Source: Bradyrhizobium sp. (GTDB taxonomy: Bacteria; Pseudomonadota; Alphaproteobacteria; Rhizobiales; Xanthobacteraceae). From it: DNA of 64,000 nucleotides. Shown in pieces: positions 60,005-64,000 of the stretch. The DNA is taken from contig NZ_JALHLP010000012.1 of the NCBI RefSeq assembly GCF_022844465.1, forward strand, positions 12,694 to 76,693, read 5' to 3'. Positions within the stretch are counted from its first letter, which is position 1; each line of letters starts with the position of its first letter. The translations under genes were made by a program, and so were the position numbers. The notes under the pieces were generated by a model. The model ran no database searches, was not told the origin of the DNA, and worked only from the letters and a program-made list of their open reading frames with translations.

Positions 60005-61249
60005 TCAGCGCTGCAGCACTGGCGGGGTTGCGGTGGATTGCGCGGCGGGACGCGGCGGCTTCTTCGCCGCCCCCGGCCGGGTCGTTGTCGCGGTTGGATT
60101 GGTGTCGGCAGACCCGCCAGCGGCGGTCGTCGGCGGGCCATCATCGGTCGGCTCGGCGGTGTCGTTCTGGATCTGCCGTTCGAGCGCCCGCAGTTTGACC
60201 ACGTTCTTCTGGTGCTGGTCGTAGGTCTCGGTGAAGGTGTGCCCGCCGCTGCCGTCAGCCACGAAAAACAGGTCGCGGGTGCGCGCGGGGTTGGCCGCCG
60301 CCTCGAGCGAGGCGCGGCCCGGATTGGCGATCGGCCCCGGGGGAAGGCCTTCGATCACATAGGTATTGTAGGGCGAGGGCTGCTGGATCTCCGAGCGCCT
60401 GATCGGCCGTCCCAGCGTACCCTTGCCGCCAACCAGCCCGTAGATGATGGTCGGATCGGACTGCAGCTTCATCTTCTGCCGCAGGCGATTGACGAATACC
60501 GCCGCCACGCGGCTGCGTTCGTCGGCCCTGCCGGTTTCCTTCTCGATGATCGAGGCCAGGACGATCAGCTGTTCCGGCGACCTGATCGGAACGTCGGGGT
60601 TGCGGCGTTCCCAGATTTCCGCGAGCACCCGCCGCTGGGTCTGCTGCATGCGCTGAATGACCTGCTCGCGCGTGGTTCCGCGCGGGAACTTGTAGGTCTC
60701 CGGCAGCAGCGTGCCTTCACGCGGCATTTCGCGCACCGAACCCGAGAAGATCTCGTTGTCGGTAAGTCGCGTCACGATCTGTTCGGAGGTCAGGCCCTCG
60801 GGAATCGTGACCGCGTGCTGAACCACCTTGCCCTCGACAATAGTGGCGATGACGTCGCGCAGGCTGGCATTCCTCTGGAACGAGTATTCGCCGGGCTTGA
60901 GATCGGAACTCGCCCTCAGCGCAAACACCCCGCCGATGAACGCCCACGGATTGACGTTGATGACCCCCTCGCGCAGCAGCACGTCGGCAATGTCGCGCTT
61001 GCCGGCGCGCGCCGGAATGTTGACGATCTTGTCTTCCTGCAACGGGCCCGGCATTTCCAGCGCTTGCCTGCCATAATAATAGCCGGTGCCTGCGCCGATC
61101 ATCAGAATGATGAGAAGGGTGATGATCGCATTGCCAACGATAACGAAAGGATTTCTGGCGCGCGCCGACCGCTTCGGCGGCGGCGGCACCTGCTCGGGCT
61201 CCAGCGCAGCGCGCGGGCTGCGTGGTGAAATGGGCGGCCTCTCACTCAT
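60005..61249 (-). CDS. mltG: Endolytic transglycosylase MltG
   Basis: TM anchor, TIPEGLT, EGTLLPETY, LASIIEKE, VFVNRL..MKLQSDPT, SPYNTY, GLPPGPIANPG. Confidence 0.95.
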   Translation of the reverse strand: MSERPPISPRSPRAALEPEQVPPPPKRSARARNPFVIVGNAIITLLIILMIGAGTGYYYGRQALEMPGPLQEDKIVNIPARAGKRDIADVLLREGVINVNPWAFIGGVFALRASSDLKPGEYSFQRNASLRDVIATIVEGKVVQHAVTIPEGLTSEQIVTRLTDNEIFSGSVREMPREGTLLPETYKFPRGTTREQVIQRMQQTQRRVLAEIWERRNPDVPIRSPEQLIVLASIIEKETGRADERSRVAAVFVNRLRQKMKLQSDPTIIYGLVGGKGTLGRPIRRSEIQQPSPYNTYVIEGLPPGPIANPGRASLEAAANPARTRDLFFVADGSGGHTFTETYDQHQKNVVKLRALERQIQNDTAEPTDDGPPTTAAGGSADTNPTATTTRPGAAKKPPRPAAQSTATPPVLQR

Positions 61250-61372
61250 CGGTACAACCTGAATCCTGCCGGTTCAACGCCGCCGGCAATCCCCTGCCGA
61301 GTCACTAGCACACGCCCATATGTAGAGATCATGCCTATTAAGGCAAAACGGTGGATTCGTTCAAGACACTTG

Positions 61373-62638
61373 CTAGCCGGTCACGCGCTGAACGATGAGG
61401 GAGGCATTGGTGCCCCCAAACCCGAACGAATTCGACAGCGCAACATTGATCTCGCGCTTGCGCGCCGCCCGCGGCACCAGATCAATCGCCGTCTCGACTG
61501 ACGGATTTTCCAGATTGATGGTGGGGGGCGCGACGTTGTCGCGAATCGCAAGGATGCTGAAGATCGCCTCGATCGCGCCGGCCGCCCCCAGCAGATGGCC
61601 GGTCGAGGACTTGGTCGAGGACATCGACACCTTGGACGTGGCGTTGCCAAGCAACCGCTCGACCGCGCCAAGTTCGATTTCGTCGCCGATCTGCGTCGAG
61701 GTTCCATGCGCATTGATATAGTCGATGTCGGAAGCCGCGATGCCCGCGCGCTTCAGCGCTGCGGCCATGCTGCGGAAGCCGCCATCGCCATCCGGCGCCG
61801 GCGAGGTGATGTGATAGGCGTCGCCCGACAGGCCGTAGCCGGCGACTTCAGCGTAGATCTTGGCGCCGCGCCTCTTGGCGTGCTCGTACTCCTCGAGCAC
61901 CACGATCCCGGCGCCCTCGCCCATCACAAAGCCGTCGCGATCCCTGTCATAGGGGCGCGATGCCCGTTGCGGCTGCTCGTTGAAACCGGTCGAGAGGGCG
62001 CGGGCGGCGCAAAATCCAGCCATCGCCAGTCGGCAGATCGGCGATTCCGTTCCACCCGCCACCATCACCTCGGCGTCGCCGAGCGCGATCAGCCGGGAGG
62101 CGTCGCCGATCGCATGCGCGCCGGTCGAGCACGCGGTCACCACCGAATGATTGGGACCCTTGAGGCCATGCTCGATCGAGACATAGCCGGAAGCCAGGTT
62201 GATCAGGCGTCCGGGGATGAAGAAGGGCGATATCTTGCGCGGCCCCCGCTCCTTCAGCAGCAGCGCGGTATCGGCGATGCCGGACAGCCCGCCGATCCCT
62301 GAACCGATCAGGGTGCCGGTCGCGCATTTTTCTTCTTCGCTCACGGGATGCCAGCCGGCGTCGTCGAGCGCCTGGCGCGCGGCGGCCATCGCAAAGATAA
62401 TGAAGTCGTCGACCTTGCGCTGATCCTTCGGCTCCATCCATTGATCCGGATTGAAGGTGCCGTCGGTGCCGTCGCCGCGCGGAACCACGCAGGCGATCCG
62501 GCTGGAGAGATCGGCGACTTCGAAAGTGTCGATCTTCCGCGCCCCGCTCTGGCCGTCGAGCATGCGCTTCCACGTGGCGTCAACGCCACAGCCGAGCGGC
62601 GTAACCATGCCCAGCCCAGTGACGACAACCCGCCTCAT
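61373..62638 (-). CDS. fabF: 3-oxoacyl-ACP synthase II
   Basis: MRRVVVTGLG, VTACSTG, YINAHGTST, GHLLGAAG, SNSFGFGGTN. Confidence 0.97.
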   Translation of the reverse strand: MRRVVVTGLGMVTPLGCGVDATWKRMLDGQSGARKIDTFEVADLSSRIACVVPRGDGTDGTFNPDQWMEPKDQRKVDDFIIFAMAAARQALDDAGWHPVSEEEKCATGTLIGSGIGGLSGIADTALLLKERGPRKISPFFIPGRLINLASGYVSIEHGLKGPNHSVVTACSTGAHAIGDASRLIALGDAEVMVAGGTESPICRLAMAGFCAARALSTGFNEQPQRASRPYDRDRDGFVMGEGAGIVVLEEYEHAKRRGAKIYAEVAGYGLSGDAYHITSPAPDGDGGFRSMAAALKRAGIAASDIDYINAHGTSTQIGDEIELGAVERLLGNATSKVSMSSTKSSTGHLLGAAGAIEAIFSILAIRDNVAPPTINLENPSVETAIDLVPRAARKREINVALSNSFGFGGTNASLIVQRVTG

Positions 62639-62675
62639 GTCAAAACTCCAGCCCGGAATCAACGGTCCACAACAA

Positions 62676-62712
62676 GAAACCGGGGGGCCGTTCGACAACG
62701 GCCCGTCCGGCT
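62676..62712 (-). terminator. Likely intrinsic terminator/attenuator after acpP
   Basis: 8-bp stem GGGCCGTT/AACGGCCC extended by CCGG pairs, followed on the minus strand by TTTCTTG. Confidence 0.55.
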
Positions 62713-62734
62713 TTGTCTCCAACCGCCCGGGGCG

Positions 62735-62974
62735 TCAGCTCTTCGCGTTTTTTTCGAGAAACTTGGTCGCGTCGCCGACGGTCAAGATCGTCTCGGCGGC
62801 GTCGTCGGGAATCTCACAGCCAAACTCTTCTTCAAATGCCATCACAAGCTCGACGGTGTCGAGGCTGTCGGCGCCGAGGTCGTCAATAAAACTTGCGTTG
62901 TCGACAACCTTCTCCGGTTCAACACCGAGATGTTCGACCACAATCTTCTTAACCCGCTCGCCAATCTCACTCAT
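62735..62974 (-). CDS. acpP: Acyl carrier protein
   Basis: 79 aa, [20 protein letters not shown]. Confidence 0.98.
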   Translation of the reverse strand: MSEIGERVKKIVVEHLGVEPEKVVDNASFIDDLGADSLDTVELVMAFEEEFGCEIPDDAAETILTVGDATKFLEKNAKS

Positions 62975-63298
62975 CGTTCAACCTCGTACTTGTTCCATTG
63001 GACCCGACCCCAAGACGCTACAGACACGCTACGAGCTATCGTGGTCGTTAAACTTCCTTCGCTTTCGCGCATCGTCTTGATTCGGCCCGGTGTCTTGATT
63101 CGGCTCGGTGGTAGCCGATAGAAGCCCCGGCGAACGGCAGGCGTCGCCACGCCAATATACAGGGTTTCAGAGTCCTGCAATGGCCTTGTTTGCCCACCCG
63201 TCGGGGGTTCGGTTATCACACTTCCCAAGCCTTGACCACAAGCCTCGACCGCCCCCGGCAAACGAGCCTCGGCCGCTTCGATCGGGGCAACAACCGGT

Positions 63299-64000
63299 TC
63301 AAAACATGGCCATTCCGCCGTTGACGTGAATCGTCTGGCCGGTGACGTAGGCTCCCTCGTTCGAACTGAGATAGACGGCCGCCGCGGCGATATCCTCCGG
63401 CGTCCCGAGTCGCGCCGCGGGGACCTTGGCCAGGATGGCCTCGCGCTGCTTGTCGTTGAGTGCGTCCGTCATCGGCGTCTTGATGAAACCGGGCGCAATG
63501 CAGTTGGCGGTCACGTTGCGCTTGGCATATTCCGCGCCCAGCGTCTTGATCAGGCCGATGATCCCGGCTTTCGACGCCGTGTAGTTGGCCTGACCGGGAT
63601 TGCCGGTCACGCCGACGATCGAGGTGATCGCGATGATCCGGCCGAACCGCTTGCGCATCATCAGCTTCGTCGCAGCGCGCGCCAGACGGAAGGTCGCGGT
63701 CAGATTGACCTTGATGACGTCATCCCAGTCCTCGTCACGCAACTGCACAAACAAGTTGTCACGCGTAATGCCGGCATTGGCGATCAGGATATCGACCTGT
63801 CCCATGGCGGCTTCAGCCGCCGGCACCAGCGCCTCGACCTCGGCGCTGTCGGACAGGTTGCACGGTAGCACGTGGACACGCTCGCCAAGCTTGCCGGCAA
63901 AGGAATCCAACACCTCGCGGCGGGTGCCCGAAATCGCCACCGTCGCGCCCCGCGTGTGCAACGCCTGGGCGATCGCTCCGCCGATGCCGCCGGTCGCGCC
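63299..64000 (-). CDS. fabG: 3-oxoacyl-ACP reductase (5' end outside window)
   Basis: GATGGIG, ANAGITRD, YTASKAG, IAPGFI, GQTIHVNGG; upstream of acpP-fabF. Confidence 0.96.
   Translation of the reverse strand, partial: GATGGIGGAIAQALHTRGATVAISGTRREVLDSFAGKLGERVHVLPCNLSDSAEVEALVPAAEAAMGQVDILIANAGITRDNLFVQLRDEDWDDVIKVNLTATFRLARAATKLMMRKRFGRIIAITSIVGVTGNPGQANYTASKAGIIGLIKTLGAEYAKRNVTANCIAPGFIKTPMTDALNDKQREAILAKVPAARLGTPEDIAAAAVYLSSNEGAYVTGQTIHVNGGMAMF

Noticed and set aside
1-64000. CRISPR array, tRNA/rRNA genes, integrase, transposase, prophage or defence operon
   Set aside because: I found no regularly spaced repeats, cloverleaf sequences or recombinase/phage motifs on either strand. A small RNA could still be missed by eye.

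Overview
High-GC alphaproteobacterial chromosome, most likely Bradyrhizobium or a close Nitrobacteraceae relative, judged from gene order, protein sequences and lineage-typical intergenic repeats. The backbone is housekeeping: maeB, aspS, selO, rnd, purNM, hda-like/ppk/ppx, ndk, ABC-F, holC/pepA, lptFGD-surA-pdxA-rsmA-adh, a TRAP transporter, gmk, yicC, mltG, fabF-acpP-fabG. Two accessory blocks interrupt it. (1) About 46.05-53.0 kb: an integrase-free island at the 3' end of an alcohol dehydrogenase gene. The adh 3' end occurs three times (68 nt, 68 nt at 59/68 identity, and an exact 17-nt core). These copies delimit two cargo modules: a formate/nitrite channel, and a Cys-rich leader ORF + FixH/YtkA + CusB + CusA metal-efflux operon. 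A HigB-like toxin relic starts exactly at the right junction. (2) About 16.4-21.7 kb: a divergent block of an Alx-type TerC + ExoD pair behind a structured RNA leader, and a membrane protein + YegS-like lipid kinase + non-housekeeping FtsH. It may be an alkaline/membrane-stress module. Also present: an unlisted 36-aa membrane protein, a REP doublet, two mosaic intergenic repeats, and a probable deletion-fusion pseudogene. I found no tRNA, rRNA, CRISPR array, integrase or transposase. Family assignments come from motif recognition only; no searches were run.
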